Origin: Candidatus Peregrinibacteria bacterium
GTDB taxonomy: Bacteria > Patescibacteriota > Gracilibacteria > UBA1369 > UBA12463
Length of the DNA stretch: 64,000 nucleotides
Direction: 5' to 3'
Assembly: GCA_026395555.1 (NCBI GenBank)
Contig: JAPLYO010000013.1
Location: forward strand, 6,822 to 70,821
Of the stretch, positions 8,807 to 19,009 are shown one piece after another (position 1 is the stretch's first letter; the number at the start of each line of letters is the position of its first letter). The notes under the pieces were generated by a model. It was given only the letters and a program-made list of their open reading frames with translations. It was not told the DNA's origin and searched no databases. The position numbers and the translations under genes are program-made.

Positions 8807-10081
8807 ATGAAAAAAATAATTTCACTCTTCCTCGCGGCTTCTCTCTGTATCAACTCGGGAGCGGTTATTGCGCAGGCATATGAGTTCACTCCAGTCGAAA
8901 GCACCGGAGGATTCGCCTCGATAAGCATGGATCCGCTGCCTGGTTACCCAACTCAGCCGATGGGAAGTTCGTTCACGGATCGGTTGAGTAAATCAAAAAT
9001 AAACGAAAAGCTATTTGAGGTATCTCAGGACAAAGATAATTTTCAAACAACATATCAGGCATCGAATACATCGATTCAAAAAGGAAAACTCGAACTATCG
9101 AACTCGCTGAGCAGTAATGGAATGGTGACGGCCGGCGAGGTAGTTACACAGAAATATTACCTCTATGGAACGTTTACCATAAAGGCAAAAGCGAATCAGG
9201 TTCCCGGAATGGTAAGTTCAATTTCGCTCTACAATGAGACGAGTGATGAGTATGAAAATATCGATATGGAGATGAGTACGCTCAATAGCCAGATGGTATC
9301 AATTTCAAATTCCCACGGCGATAACGGCGATAACGCCCAGTTACAAAACGATCATCATCGCAGCGACATGGTCAAGACAGCATCGAATAAAAAAATGAAC
9401 ACCTACAAGATCGAATGGTTGCCGGGAATGATTCGTTGGTACGTGAACGGGAAGAAGATTGCGGAGCAGGTAGAGGCGGTTCCTACGACGCCACTTAAAC
9501 TTTACATCTCTACCTACCATACTACGAATTGGACGGATTTCGTTGATGCGAATGTGACAGCAACAGGATCATTCAGTGTTGATTCGATTCAATATGCTCC
9601 TGATGCAAAAGAGAAAAAAATATCACTGACGACAAAAGTGATGAAGGTAAAAGGCGACGCTGAGTGCCAGAGCAACGTTGACGGAGCGCTGAATCAGCTC
9701 AGAGATAAGCCATGGTATTACAACTTCGTCGTAGACTACATTGATCTCATCGAGTGCGTAGAGACGGGATCGGTGATGTGGGTATGGGAGACGCCACGTC
9801 GCCATACGGCCGGCCGACCTACTCGCGATGATCCGGTTCAGTTTGCAGACGACCTCATCCACGAGGCCTGCCACTCCCATGAGTACACGGATTATCACGA
9901 TGCAAATCCTAATAAAGACGTACCTGAGGATGTATATTCCGGCCACGACGCCGAAGAAAAATGCCTCAACTACCAAACAGAGTATCTTCGCCGCATCGGT
10001 GAAAAAGACCGTGCCGACGGCTACAAAGACGCCATGGCCACCGAGTGGTGGAAGGTGGATACGAAAGATATGAAGTACTAG
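8807..10081 (+). CDS. secreted GH16-like (concanavalin-type beta-sandwich) protein fused to a HExxH domain
   Basis: 424 aa with a signal peptide. YLYGTFTIKAKANQVPGMVSSISLYN, YENIDMEM and YKIEWLPGMIRWYVNGKKI resemble GH16 glucanases. The C-terminal ~140 aa carry HEACH. Confidence 0.65.
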   Translation: MKKIISLFLAASLCINSGAVIAQAYEFTPVESTGGFASISMDPLPGYPTQPMGSSFTDRLSKSKINEKLFEVSQDKDNFQTTYQASNTSIQKGKLELSNSLSSNGMVTAGEVVTQKYYLYGTFTIKAKANQVPGMVSSISLYNETSDEYENIDMEMSTLNSQMVSISNSHGDNGDNAQLQNDHHRSDMVKTASNKKMNTYKIEWLPGMIRWYVNGKKIAEQVEAVPTTPLKLYISTYHTTNWTDFVDANVTATGSFSVDSIQYAPDAKEKKISLTTKVMKVKGDAECQSNVDGALNQLRDKPWYYNFVVDYIDLIECVETGSVMWVWETPRRHTAGRPTRDDPVQFADDLIHEACHSHEYTDYHDANPNKDVPEDVYSGHDAEEKCLNYQTEYLRRIGEKDRADGYKDAMATEWWKVDTKDMKY

Positions 10082-10099
10082 GGCGGGCGGATACATACA

Positions 10100-10127
10100 T
10101 TGACGTAATAGTAAAAAATAGTATAAT
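10100..10127 (+). promoter_or_regulatory. sigma-70-type promoter for the GT2 gene
   Basis: TTGACG 10100-10105, 16-nt spacer, TATAAT 10122-10127. ATG at 10163. Confidence 0.6.
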
Positions 10128-10162
10128 GCCAAGGCTGCAGCTCATTCAAAGCTGCAATCCAC

Positions 10163-12205
10163 ATGAAAGCTATAGGATTACCTCCGAAAAACTCCCTCGA
10201 TGTAGCAATTGTAATCCCCTCATATAATGAGGGGCAGGATGTAGTAGAAACACTCGCGAGCATAGCAACCCAAAGAAACATTGATGATTTAAAGGTGGGG
10301 ATTTTCGTTGTGGTAAATAATGCCCGTGATGCGGTTGATGAAGTATTAGCCTCCAATCAAGCGACGATGGAGCTTCTTCTTCATCTACAGTCGGATCTGA
10401 TACCGGCAGGACTTTCCAAGCGCAACCGAGCTTTACGTCTGGTAAACTCTTGGAATGACATAGGTTTATTGCCAAGTAAGCATTTTGGTGCCGAGGAGGT
10501 AATTATAAGTAATCACCAAATAACGCTTATCGACCTGAGCTCAGAGGGACATGCTCCCGAAATATGTAATGTGGGGCTTGCGAGAGATACCGGAATGAGG
10601 CAGGCGATTCCATGCACAAAGGAAAACGGAATTCTCGTCTCTACGGATGCTGATACGATATTAGGAGGTGAATATATCAGGAATGCCTACGATCTCTTAT
10701 CAAAGGGTGAGTACTCAGCAGTTACCGGCCCGGTAATGCTCTATGCGTACCTAGACCAACCTCTGCGCCAGATTCGTACGCAGGCTGTAGTAGAAGCAGA
10801 AAATATAATAGGCATTATTATGCATATATGGATAGAGAAGAATGTAATGCACACCATGAAAAGAAAGTGGGTTCCGGGACTCGCAGGATCCAACACGGCA
10901 ATCAAGAGGTCTGAATACATCGCCTCCGGTGGTATCCCGCATATTAACGGAGCGGAAGACACAAGTCTAGGATTGAGTCTCGTGAGACAGGGTAAGAAAA
11001 TAGGAAGTGATAAGGGTCTGTCTATTTTTACCGATGCGAGAGAGTCTGACCGCGCTGAAGCTGGATGTAGTATGGGTCAGTATATGATAAAAAGGGCCGA
11101 ACAGTGCGGAGATAATCAGAAAAGTTTCACCGTAAAGCATCCTGCAGCGTGCGTGATGGGATATATGTTAGCACGAACGGTAGATGCTGCGAATCTACGA
11201 AATCTACCCGAGAATCAGTGGAAGGAAATGGTAAGCAATTACGCATCAGAAGGAAATATGGGCTATGTTCCTTTGGCAGATGAAGAATTGCAAGACCTCT
11301 GGGAGTTAAAGGCCAAAGAACCACTGCTCGCTTCCGTAGACAAAAATCACTTCTTGCAAAAATATATAAGCAGGCTATCGGAAAAAAAATGGGAACTAAT
11401 TCCGATATTGCAGTGTTCGAGTATGCTAACCGATATGCTCTTGGGAGGGGAAGATGAGGATGTGATTGAATATTATAACAAGATGATGATATTCGTGGGT
11501 GATGAGATGCGATTCTGTAGATTGGTTCGAGAAGCGGATATGAGGTATGCAAAAGGAAAAGATGAGTGGAAGGACGTTACAAAAGATGAGATGCAATCAA
11601 TATATAAGATTCCCGGTACAGCAGAGGAAGAGAGCGACATGAGGGAGGTGTTATTACTCACGGCGCAGTTTAATGTCGCACATGAGCTGCATTGCAGGCA
11701 GGTAGATCAAAAATCAGAAGGAAAAATTGAGAAGGCGATTGAAGAGGGAATACTAACAGGAGAGGAAGGAGAGATGTTGGCTCAATTCCGGCGGAAAGTT
11801 CAGAAGCACAGAATGGATGCAAATATAATGAGCCTTCAGACATATATTACAGGTCAACACGCAGCAATTTTCAAAGAACATGTGCCACATATGAGCCCAG
11901 AGGTAAAAAGAGCCGCTTCCCAATTGCAAATAGGGCTCATAGAATCGGCAAATCTTTTCAAGGAAGGTTGGGATTTGAGCGAGGTCGAAGCGTTGGAAAA
12001 ACGAATATTAGGAATGAATGATGTGGAAAATGACCTCATAAAAGATCTTAAAGGTATTGCGAAAGGGATTCTCGATAGCTACGAGGAAATTGGTACAGCT
12101 CTCTCCTGGGTGAGAGATATGAAATTCGTATATTATACGAAAATTGCCAAAGTAGGTTTGACGATCAAGGATTGGAGGAGGAAGTTTTTTGAAAATCGAG
12201 GATAG
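10163..12205 (+). CDS. family 2 glycosyltransferase with long uncharacterised C-terminal extension
   Basis: 680 aa. VAIVIPSYNEGQDVVETLASIATQ and a TDADT-type DxD region at the N-terminus. About 400 C-terminal residues have no recognisable motif. Confidence 0.7.
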   Translation: MKAIGLPPKNSLDVAIVIPSYNEGQDVVETLASIATQRNIDDLKVGIFVVVNNARDAVDEVLASNQATMELLLHLQSDLIPAGLSKRNRALRLVNSWNDIGLLPSKHFGAEEVIISNHQITLIDLSSEGHAPEICNVGLARDTGMRQAIPCTKENGILVSTDADTILGGEYIRNAYDLLSKGEYSAVTGPVMLYAYLDQPLRQIRTQAVVEAENIIGIIMHIWIEKNVMHTMKRKWVPGLAGSNTAIKRSEYIASGGIPHINGAEDTSLGLSLVRQGKKIGSDKGLSIFTDARESDRAEAGCSMGQYMIKRAEQCGDNQKSFTVKHPAACVMGYMLARTVDAANLRNLPENQWKEMVSNYASEGNMGYVPLADEELQDLWELKAKEPLLASVDKNHFLQKYISRLSEKKWELIPILQCSSMLTDMLLGGEDEDVIEYYNKMMIFVGDEMRFCRLVREADMRYAKGKDEWKDVTKDEMQSIYKIPGTAEEESDMREVLLLTAQFNVAHELHCRQVDQKSEGKIEKAIEEGILTGEEGEMLAQFRRKVQKHRMDANIMSLQTYITGQHAAIFKEHVPHMSPEVKRAASQLQIGLIESANLFKEGWDLSEVEALEKRILGMNDVENDLIKDLKGIAKGILDSYEEIGTALSWVRDMKFVYYTKIAKVGLTIKDWRRKFFENRG

Positions 12206-12209
12206 CACA

Positions 12210-13247
12210 CTATCGGCTCACCTTCTGTGGCTCCTTGCTCAAGACCTTGTGTTTGCGCTCCATCATATTGTTGCGCAGCGCCTCGCTCCACTGGCGGTTC
12301 GCCTCGTACCAGGCAAAGGTCTTCGCGATACCCTCCTCAAACGTTACAGATGGGCTCCAGCCGAGCTCTTTCTCGATCTTGGTCGGGTCCATAGCATATC
12401 GTCGGTCGTGCGCCACACGGTCATCCACGTAGAAAATCAGATCATCATTTTTATCAAAAAATTTCAGAAGCGTCTTGGTAATATCCAAATTTGTTCGTTC
12501 CTCGTGTCCGCCAATGTTATAGACCTCGCCAAGTCGTCCATTCGAAACAATCAGATCGATCGCACGGCAGTGGTCTAATACATAGAGCCAGTCGCGCACA
12601 TTGAGCCCATCGCCATACACCGGCACAGGCTTGTCGTTCGTCATCAGGTAGAAGAAGTAGGGAATCAGCTTCTCGGGAAACTGGTACGGTCCATAGTTAT
12701 TGGAACATCTGGAGATCGTGATCGGCATCTTGTAGGTCTCGAAATACGACCTCACCAATAAATCCGCCGCCGCCTTACTGGCGGCGTACGGACAGTTCGG
12801 CGCCAATGGCGTTGTCTCCACGAAAAAATTCGTGGATCCACTTCCCAAATCTCCATACACCTCATCCGTTGAAACCTGATGATAGCGAATATTCCCCATC
12901 GTTCGGCACGCCTCCAGCAACGTATGTGTTCCATTAATATTCGTCTTCACAAAAATTCCCGGATTGTGAATCGATCGATCCACGTGCGTCTCAGCCGCAA
13001 AATTCACCACCACATCAAATTTTTCCGCCTCAAATAACGTCTCAATAAATGGCTGGTCCGCGATATCTCCCTGTACAAACTTGAAGTTCGGTCTGTTCTC
13101 AAGTACGGCAATATTCTCCCGATTTCCCGCATACGTTAGCGCGTCGAGGACGACCACCTGATCTTCCGGATGCTGCTCGCAATAATAATGAGCATAGTTC
13201 GAGCCGATAAATCCTGCCGCTCCGGTAATGAGAATTTTTTTAGACAT
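12210..13247 (-). CDS. rmlB: dTDP-glucose 4,6-dehydratase
   Basis: 345 aa. ILITGAAGFIGSNY, HQVSTDEVYG and YAASKAAAD (YxxxK) motifs. Confidence 0.95.
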   Translation of the reverse strand: MSKKILITGAAGFIGSNYAHYYCEQHPEDQVVVLDALTYAGNRENIAVLENRPNFKFVQGDIADQPFIETLFEAEKFDVVVNFAAETHVDRSIHNPGIFVKTNINGTHTLLEACRTMGNIRYHQVSTDEVYGDLGSGSTNFFVETTPLAPNCPYAASKAAADLLVRSYFETYKMPITISRCSNNYGPYQFPEKLIPYFFYLMTNDKPVPVYGDGLNVRDWLYVLDHCRAIDLIVSNGRLGEVYNIGGHEERTNLDITKTLLKFFDKNDDLIFYVDDRVAHDRRYAMDPTKIEKELGWSPSVTFEEGIAKTFAWYEANRQWSEALRNNMMERKHKVLSKEPQKVSR

Positions 13248-13641
13248 AGATTTTTGCTTCTTTTAAATACTCCTCAAAATCATAGATATACAAACTTTTA
13301 TCATAGTTCACCGAAGAAATCGCCATCAAAACCGTTCCCGGGGTAAAATCTACAAACTCGCGATAATACAATCCTTCCATTTTTACTGCATCGCTCGGTC
13401 CTTTTAACTCAAACTCTGTCCACTTCTCGCCATCATGGAACCGACCCGTACACGAGCCCTGCATCACCACATAAATCTTCTTCTCGCCCCGAACGGCATG
13501 TCCGCCACGTGGCAACAGCGTATCCGTAACGTAATAAACGCGAGCCACCGGCCAGTCGATATAATCTTTCAGCTCTAGAGCCGTGAGGCTACCTCGCGGA
13601 TCGGCGTGAGTCGGTAAAGTGAGTTTTTCGAGTATTCGCAT
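13240..13641 (-). CDS. WxcM/FdtA-like cupin (dTDP-4-keto-6-deoxyhexose 3,4-isomerase family)
   Basis: ADPRGSLTALE...ARVYYVTDTLLPRGGHAVRGEKKIYVVMQGS pattern. Overlaps the rmlB start by 8 nt. The Met at 13641 is preferred over the listed 13689. Confidence 0.7.
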   Translation of the reverse strand: MRILEKLTLPTHADPRGSLTALELKDYIDWPVARVYYVTDTLLPRGGHAVRGEKKIYVVMQGSCTGRFHDGEKWTEFELKGPSDAVKMEGLYYREFVDFTPGTVLMAISSVNYDKSLYIYDFEEYLKEAKIYV

Positions 13642-13699
13642 CGCCAGAACCATACCACATGGCAGCTTCAAAATCCAAAATACCTTCAAAGCTGAATCA

Positions 13700-13728
13700 T
13701 TGACTAATTAAGCAAATTAGGATATAAT
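13700..13728 (+). promoter_or_regulatory. near-consensus promoter giving a leaderless transcript of the 13736 gene
   Basis: TTGACT 13700-13705, 17-nt spacer, TATAAT 13723-13728. Only 7 nt (tcacaag) separate it from the ATG at 13736. Confidence 0.7.
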
Positions 13729-13735
13729 TCACAAG

Positions 13736-15613
13736 ATGAATAATAATGTACCAACCCCAAATAATAGTAAATCCTTGCATGGGGTTCATTTGCAGCACCT
13801 CGCAGAGCTGGAGGAGTGGGGCAAGCTCGGCATGCAGTTTGCCAGGGATTTTCGAGGACAGGAACAGCAGCTGAATGATGTTGTTGCCGCGTGCACAGAG
13901 GTAGATGCGACCGTGAAGCGTCAGCTAGGTATTCCTGAAGACTCGCCATTAGTGCTCACGCGAGAGAGAGAAATGAAGGCCACGCTTCGGGCAAATGGTA
14001 TAGATTTGCCACTGACCGACGATATTCTTGAGGTGGCATCGCAGACATTCCGACAGTGCTTGACGGCTCTCGGTGATACGAACAACAAGAGAGCGCTTGA
14101 AAAAATGGGGATAACGGTCATAAGCCTTAAGGGGGTAATTCTTCAGCCGGATAGGGCAAAAAAGAACGAACCAAACGGAAATAGCTCCCGTCCGTTTAAT
14201 GAATTCAAAACCATACCACGGCTCAGCAAGGTCCTCTCGCTCCTTCAGGGCGAGCGCATATTCATGGACGATATTATCGTGGCGCAGGGCGAGGTTCATC
14301 CAGGCCAGATGCGTCATCTGAGCTATTATCTCGTGGAAATTCCTCGGTTGAATCGTCAGATGTTGATATGCGATGAGGTGGGTGAACAGACATTTGTGAT
14401 CAACGGAATTATGAACAGGCAGGCGCTCCTGCAACTTACAAAAACGGAACTTCAGGAAAAATTTGCCAACATGGTGTTACCTGTTCCATATCATAGCGAG
14501 AATCAGTATCTCTCGGATATATCGATGGCTTTATTCTACGACATGAATAATCTCGATGTGAAAAATCCAATTGGCGCGAAGGTAAAGGTATTTGATCAGG
14601 AGTTATTGCGCGATGAAATTCTGACGCAATACCCAACATCAACGGCATTCTTCGAGGCAGTTTTGGGAAACGCAAGAAGAGACGTTGATATTCTCGGAAA
14701 AAAAATGACAGCCATTATGGGTAGGTTTGGTATTAGCGGTACGGACAATAAAGCATGCGTAATACTCAGTCAGAAAATTTATGGCGCAGATGATAGCGAG
14801 GTACAGAAACACATGGCGAGTATAGAAAACGGCGAAGATAAGGAAAAATGGCGTGCATCCGTCAAGAAGGTGTATCCAAAAATGGCAGATTTTATAGCGC
14901 TCGATTCTGTAGGAAGAAACGCAATGAGCATTAATGAAATGAAAATGCCGGGACTCATGTCGATATTTTTTGAGGGCGTGGGATATGATAGAAGAACAAA
15001 ATTGAATCTTTACCAATTGGCACTTGAGATATATGGAAATGATGATCCGGAAACAAAGGCAAAAGTTGAAGCATATATAAAAAAAGAAGAATCATTCATG
15101 GAGTTGGCAAAAGATAAGAATAAATTAATTGGGGAGATAAAAAAGCAATTTCCAACGATTGAGCAATTTGTTGAAAAGTGTGCTTCGTATCTCGATCGTC
15201 TGAAGATTGAAATTGATGGTAAGAAGATGCACACAATTGCTCGCATATTTGGCGTAAAGGACATAAGTATAAAAGTAGGTCTCTATCAGCTCGCAAAAGC
15301 GGTGTATGGCTCTGAAGAGAACCCTGAGCTGCAGGAAGAAATGAATACGTACATCAAGAATGAAGAGATGCGAAAGGCCCTTGGTTCGGATGTGGAAAAA
15401 TGGAGATCCGCCATCAAGGCGAAATATCCTACTATGGAGGACTTTATCAGAACCGGAAATGAATCGGTTATTGGCCGATTTGGGGCAATCGAAGTCGCAG
15501 GAGTAAAACTTATGGGCATTGGAAAAGTCTTCGGGCACACAAAAGTTGAATCACATACAGAGCTTCGTCAGCTCGCAGGGGAAATTTACAATTCCGAAGG
15601 AGAGGTTTTTTAG
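13736..15613 (+). CDS. hypothetical protein with about 3.5 tandem ~90-aa repeats
   Basis: 625 aa. Repeated LSQKIYGADDSE / LALEIYGNDDPE / LAKAVYGSEENPE / LAGEIYNSEGE, and KWRASVKKVYPKMADFI / KWRSAIKAKYPTMEDFI. The stop overlaps the infB stop. Confidence 0.7.
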   Translation: MNNNVPTPNNSKSLHGVHLQHLAELEEWGKLGMQFARDFRGQEQQLNDVVAACTEVDATVKRQLGIPEDSPLVLTREREMKATLRANGIDLPLTDDILEVASQTFRQCLTALGDTNNKRALEKMGITVISLKGVILQPDRAKKNEPNGNSSRPFNEFKTIPRLSKVLSLLQGERIFMDDIIVAQGEVHPGQMRHLSYYLVEIPRLNRQMLICDEVGEQTFVINGIMNRQALLQLTKTELQEKFANMVLPVPYHSENQYLSDISMALFYDMNNLDVKNPIGAKVKVFDQELLRDEILTQYPTSTAFFEAVLGNARRDVDILGKKMTAIMGRFGISGTDNKACVILSQKIYGADDSEVQKHMASIENGEDKEKWRASVKKVYPKMADFIALDSVGRNAMSINEMKMPGLMSIFFEGVGYDRRTKLNLYQLALEIYGNDDPETKAKVEAYIKKEESFMELAKDKNKLIGEIKKQFPTIEQFVEKCASYLDRLKIEIDGKKMHTIARIFGVKDISIKVGLYQLAKAVYGSEENPELQEEMNTYIKNEEMRKALGSDVEKWRSAIKAKYPTMEDFIRTGNESVIGRFGAIEVAGVKLMGIGKVFGHTKVESHTELRQLAGEIYNSEGEVF

Positions 15614-17748
15614 GCCAAAGTTCTCTTCTTCTTCTCGATTTTGTAGCACTCGAGGATATCTCCGGGCTGGACGACCACATCGCCTCTATACAAGATTCCG
15701 CACTCATTACCCTCGGCAATTTCGGCAACAACCTTGTCGATAAATCGGAGTGTGGCTACTTCACCATCTCCAACCTTCACGTCGTTGCGCATGATGCGGA
15801 TTTTTGACTTATTCTCAACCTTTCCGGATAACACACGGCAACCGATAATTTGTTCTTTTTTCTTGGTAAGGAAGATCTGTTTAACCTCAGTACGTCCCAA
15901 GATGATTTCGATAATTTCCGGCTCCAAGAGTCCCGAAAGAATATTTTTTAAATCTTCAAGAAGTTTATAGATGATGTCATAGAGTGCGACTTTTACACCC
16001 TCTTTTTCTGCGGTCCTCTGAACCTGAGGCTGAATAGTGACGTGGAAACCGATGACCAGTCCACCGCTTGCTGCAGCCATAATCACATCGCCCTCCGTAA
16101 TATTTCCAACACCGGCATGGATAATTTTAAAGGAAACATTGTCATCCTTTACCTGGGAAAGTGCGTACTTGATCGCCTCAAGTGATCCCTGAGTATCCGC
16201 CTTCAAGACGAACTTGAGAAGTTTCAACTTACCCTCATTAATTTTAATTAAAATCTGATCAAGGCCCATAGCCTGTTCTTTTGCTGCCTCCGCCTTCATC
16301 GCGCCGATCTGAAGCGCCTTCATACGTGCGATCTTTTCATCGGCAACAACGTGCAAGATATCTCCACTCTGCGGTGTAGATGACAAGCCGGCCAAGAAAA
16401 CCGGAGTCGATGGGGGAGCCTCTTTCATATTCCGTCCGAGGTGATCCTTCATCGTCTTGAGTCTTCCATGGGTAGTTCCGATAACAACGTTATCCATCAA
16501 ATGCAATGTTCCTGCGTTGACGACAACCGTCGCAACCGGTCCGAGACTCTTATCCAAATGGGCTTCCACAACGGTCGCAACACCCTCACGATCCGGATTC
16601 GCCTTCAAGTTCAACATATCCGCGGTGAGCAAAATCATCTCGAGGAGCTGATCAATGCCAAGTCCTGTAAGCGCCGAGATAGGAACCATGACGGTCGTAC
16701 CTCCCCACTCCTCAGGCTGTAAGCCATGTTCAGCAAGCTCTCCCTTCACTCGATCCGGCTGTGCGCCCGGCTTATCCATTTTATTCAGTGCAACGATAAT
16801 CGGCACGCCCGCCTCCTTCGCATGGTTCAGCGCCTCAATCGTCTGTGGTTTGACGCCCTCGTCGGCGGCCACCACCAAGATCGCAATATCCGTTAACTTC
16901 GCTCCACGGGCACGCATAGCGGTAAACGCCTCATGTCCCGGAGTATCGAGGAATGTAATTTTTCTTCCATTTTTTTCAACCTGATAGGCTCCAATATGCT
17001 GTGTAATACCGCCGGACTCACTATCAATCACGTGTGAGCTTCGGATATAATCGAGCAACTTCGTCTTTCCATGATCGACGTGACCCATGATAACGACGAC
17101 CGGTGGTCTTGGTTTGAGAACGCTTGCATCATCTTCTTTCAAAATAGCAGATACGTTCCCCTCGTAGAGGTCGCTTAATGCCGCTCCTGTACGCTTACGC
17201 TTGAGCTCAATGCCGAGGTCTGAGGCGATAATTGCGGCGGTATCAAAATCGATTTGTTGATTTATATTAGCAAGAACGCCGTTCTTCATGAGAACACCGA
17301 TAATTCTCGCTGCTCCAAGTCCCGTCTTCTCGGCAAACTCTTTGACGGAGATGGAGTCGGGAATCTCGATAACTCCCTGCACGGGTCCCGGGCGACTACC
17401 CGAAGATGAGTCCTTGTGGCCGGAGTCCTTTCCCGCCATTTTCTTACGCTGGGACTTCAAAATTTCACGATCAATTTCTCGTTCAATAGCACTCTCATAA
17501 ATCTCTACCGTACCAGCTGGTGTCGCTGGAACCTCTTCTTCTTCTTTCTGTGATTCAACAACCTCGGCAACCTCTTCAACTTTCGCAAGGGGAGTAGTGG
17601 TGAGCTCTTTGGTCACCAATGCGGCAACATCATCCTCGATTACTCGAGCCGTCGACTTCACGCCGAAGCCAAGTTCATCGAGCTTCTTCCGAAGATCTTT
17701 CGAGGTCAAACCAAGCTTTTCTGCCAATTCTGTAATTTTTGTTGCCAT
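15610..17748 (-). CDS. infB: translation initiation factor IF-2
   Basis: [14 protein letters not shown]..., G-domain [28 protein letters not shown]. The Met at 17748 is preferred over the listed 17799. Confidence 0.95.
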   Translation of the reverse strand: MATKITELAEKLGLTSKDLRKKLDELGFGVKSTARVIEDDVAALVTKELTTTPLAKVEEVAEVVESQKEEEEVPATPAGTVEIYESAIEREIDREILKSQRKKMAGKDSGHKDSSSGSRPGPVQGVIEIPDSISVKEFAEKTGLGAARIIGVLMKNGVLANINQQIDFDTAAIIASDLGIELKRKRTGAALSDLYEGNVSAILKEDDASVLKPRPPVVVIMGHVDHGKTKLLDYIRSSHVIDSESGGITQHIGAYQVEKNGRKITFLDTPGHEAFTAMRARGAKLTDIAILVVAADEGVKPQTIEALNHAKEAGVPIIVALNKMDKPGAQPDRVKGELAEHGLQPEEWGGTTVMVPISALTGLGIDQLLEMILLTADMLNLKANPDREGVATVVEAHLDKSLGPVATVVVNAGTLHLMDNVVIGTTHGRLKTMKDHLGRNMKEAPPSTPVFLAGLSSTPQSGDILHVVADEKIARMKALQIGAMKAEAAKEQAMGLDQILIKINEGKLKLLKFVLKADTQGSLEAIKYALSQVKDDNVSFKIIHAGVGNITEGDVIMAAASGGLVIGFHVTIQPQVQRTAEKEGVKVALYDIIYKLLEDLKNILSGLLEPEIIEIILGRTEVKQIFLTKKKEQIIGCRVLSGKVENKSKIRIMRNDVKVGDGEVATLRFIDKVVAEIAEGNECGILYRGDVVVQPGDILECYKIEKKKRTLA

Positions 17749-17820
17749 AGCGAAACCTACTGTAAGGCAAAAAAAGCCAAAAGTAAAGCCGCAACACAAT
17801 ATCTGGGGCTGACCTCATGA

Positions 17821-18912
17821 TTACTCTAGCAGGGTAATCTCTTCCGACGACTGCTCTACGCGTTCCAGCTTCCCGCCAAAGCTCTCCAGCTTCTTCTCGG
17901 ACTTCTCAAAACTGGCCTGCGCATGAGCTAAATGGTTCCCCACAAGCTCGTACGACTCGGAAAACTTCCCAAAATCTCCCTTCAGCTGCGACAACTGTAT
18001 CAAGATTTGCTGCGCATTCTTCTGCACCTGCATACCCTTGAATCCAATCAAAAGAGTCTGGAGGTACAAATAAAAGGTATTCGGTGAGACCGGAATGATG
18101 CGCTTGCTCAGGGCGTACTGCGAGATATTACCCTCGTCGGCCAGGTCCTTCGTGATAGTTTCGTAGTAGACATTTTCCGCAGGGATGTACATGAGCGCAA
18201 AGTTCAACGTGCCCTCCTCGGGCAAGATATACTTCGAAGAAATTGCATCCACATGCTTCTTCACATCGCCAAAAAACATTTTCCTATACTGACCAACTCG
18301 CTTCTCATCTTTATCATTCTGCGCATCAATCATCTTCTGGAAATTTTCCAATGGAAACTTCGAGTCGACACAGACGAGCATATTATCAACGAGACGGATA
18401 ACGGCATCCACCACCTCGCCACTCTTGAAACGGTGCTGCAACTCATACAAATCTTTTCCCGGAAGTATCTGACTCAATAGATTATCCAAAAACAACTCAC
18501 CCAAATTTCCACGCAACTTCGGCGCCCGCAAGATCTCCTGCAAACTCGAAATATCTTTTCCGATATCAATCATTTGTTTCGTCGACACCGACATCTCGCC
18601 CAAAGACTTTTGTACATCTCCAACCGCCTTTGCCGCATTATCCAGCCGCTCTCCAACGGTCTTGTGCTGTCGCTCCAGTGACTGCGTCACGTCTTTCAAT
18701 CGATCATCCATCTGTTTGCGCATCTCCTGTTGCATCTTCATCGACTCATTCTGCTGCGACATCGACATCTTCAACAAGTCCGACACCTGCCTCGTCAACT
18801 CACTCATCTTCTCATCCGACTGCTGCGTCTGCTGCCCGCTCATCTGCTTATACATAAGAAAACCAGCACCAGCGACGGCGAGAACGGCGATGATAATAAG
18901 AAGGGGATTCAT
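17821..18912 (-). CDS. rmuC: DNA recombination protein RmuC
   Basis: 363 aa. N-terminal TM, coiled coil, then LRAPKLRGNLGELFL...VCVDSKFPLENF, typical of RmuC. Confidence 0.85.
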   Translation of the reverse strand: MNPLLIIIAVLAVAGAGFLMYKQMSGQQTQQSDEKMSELTRQVSDLLKMSMSQQNESMKMQQEMRKQMDDRLKDVTQSLERQHKTVGERLDNAAKAVGDVQKSLGEMSVSTKQMIDIGKDISSLQEILRAPKLRGNLGELFLDNLLSQILPGKDLYELQHRFKSGEVVDAVIRLVDNMLVCVDSKFPLENFQKMIDAQNDKDEKRVGQYRKMFFGDVKKHVDAISSKYILPEEGTLNFALMYIPAENVYYETITKDLADEGNISQYALSKRIIPVSPNTFYLYLQTLLIGFKGMQVQKNAQQILIQLSQLKGDFGKFSESYELVGNHLAHAQASFEKSEKKLESFGGKLERVEQSSEEITLLE

Positions 18913-19009
18913 GGAGGAGAATTTTAGAAGCTAAGATTTGGGGAGCACATGCACACTGCGATCATAGGCTAGCATATATGTGAGAGTTTCAAAACGGGTA
19001 TCTATCTCA

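Noticed and set aside
9623-10132. 169-aa minus-strand ORF (also 13949-14434, 14639-15016, 15125-15538, 57393-57884 and 55689-56093)
   Set aside because: All lie antisense or out of frame within longer ORFs that have better support. No motifs are present and the composition is typical of shadow ORFs.
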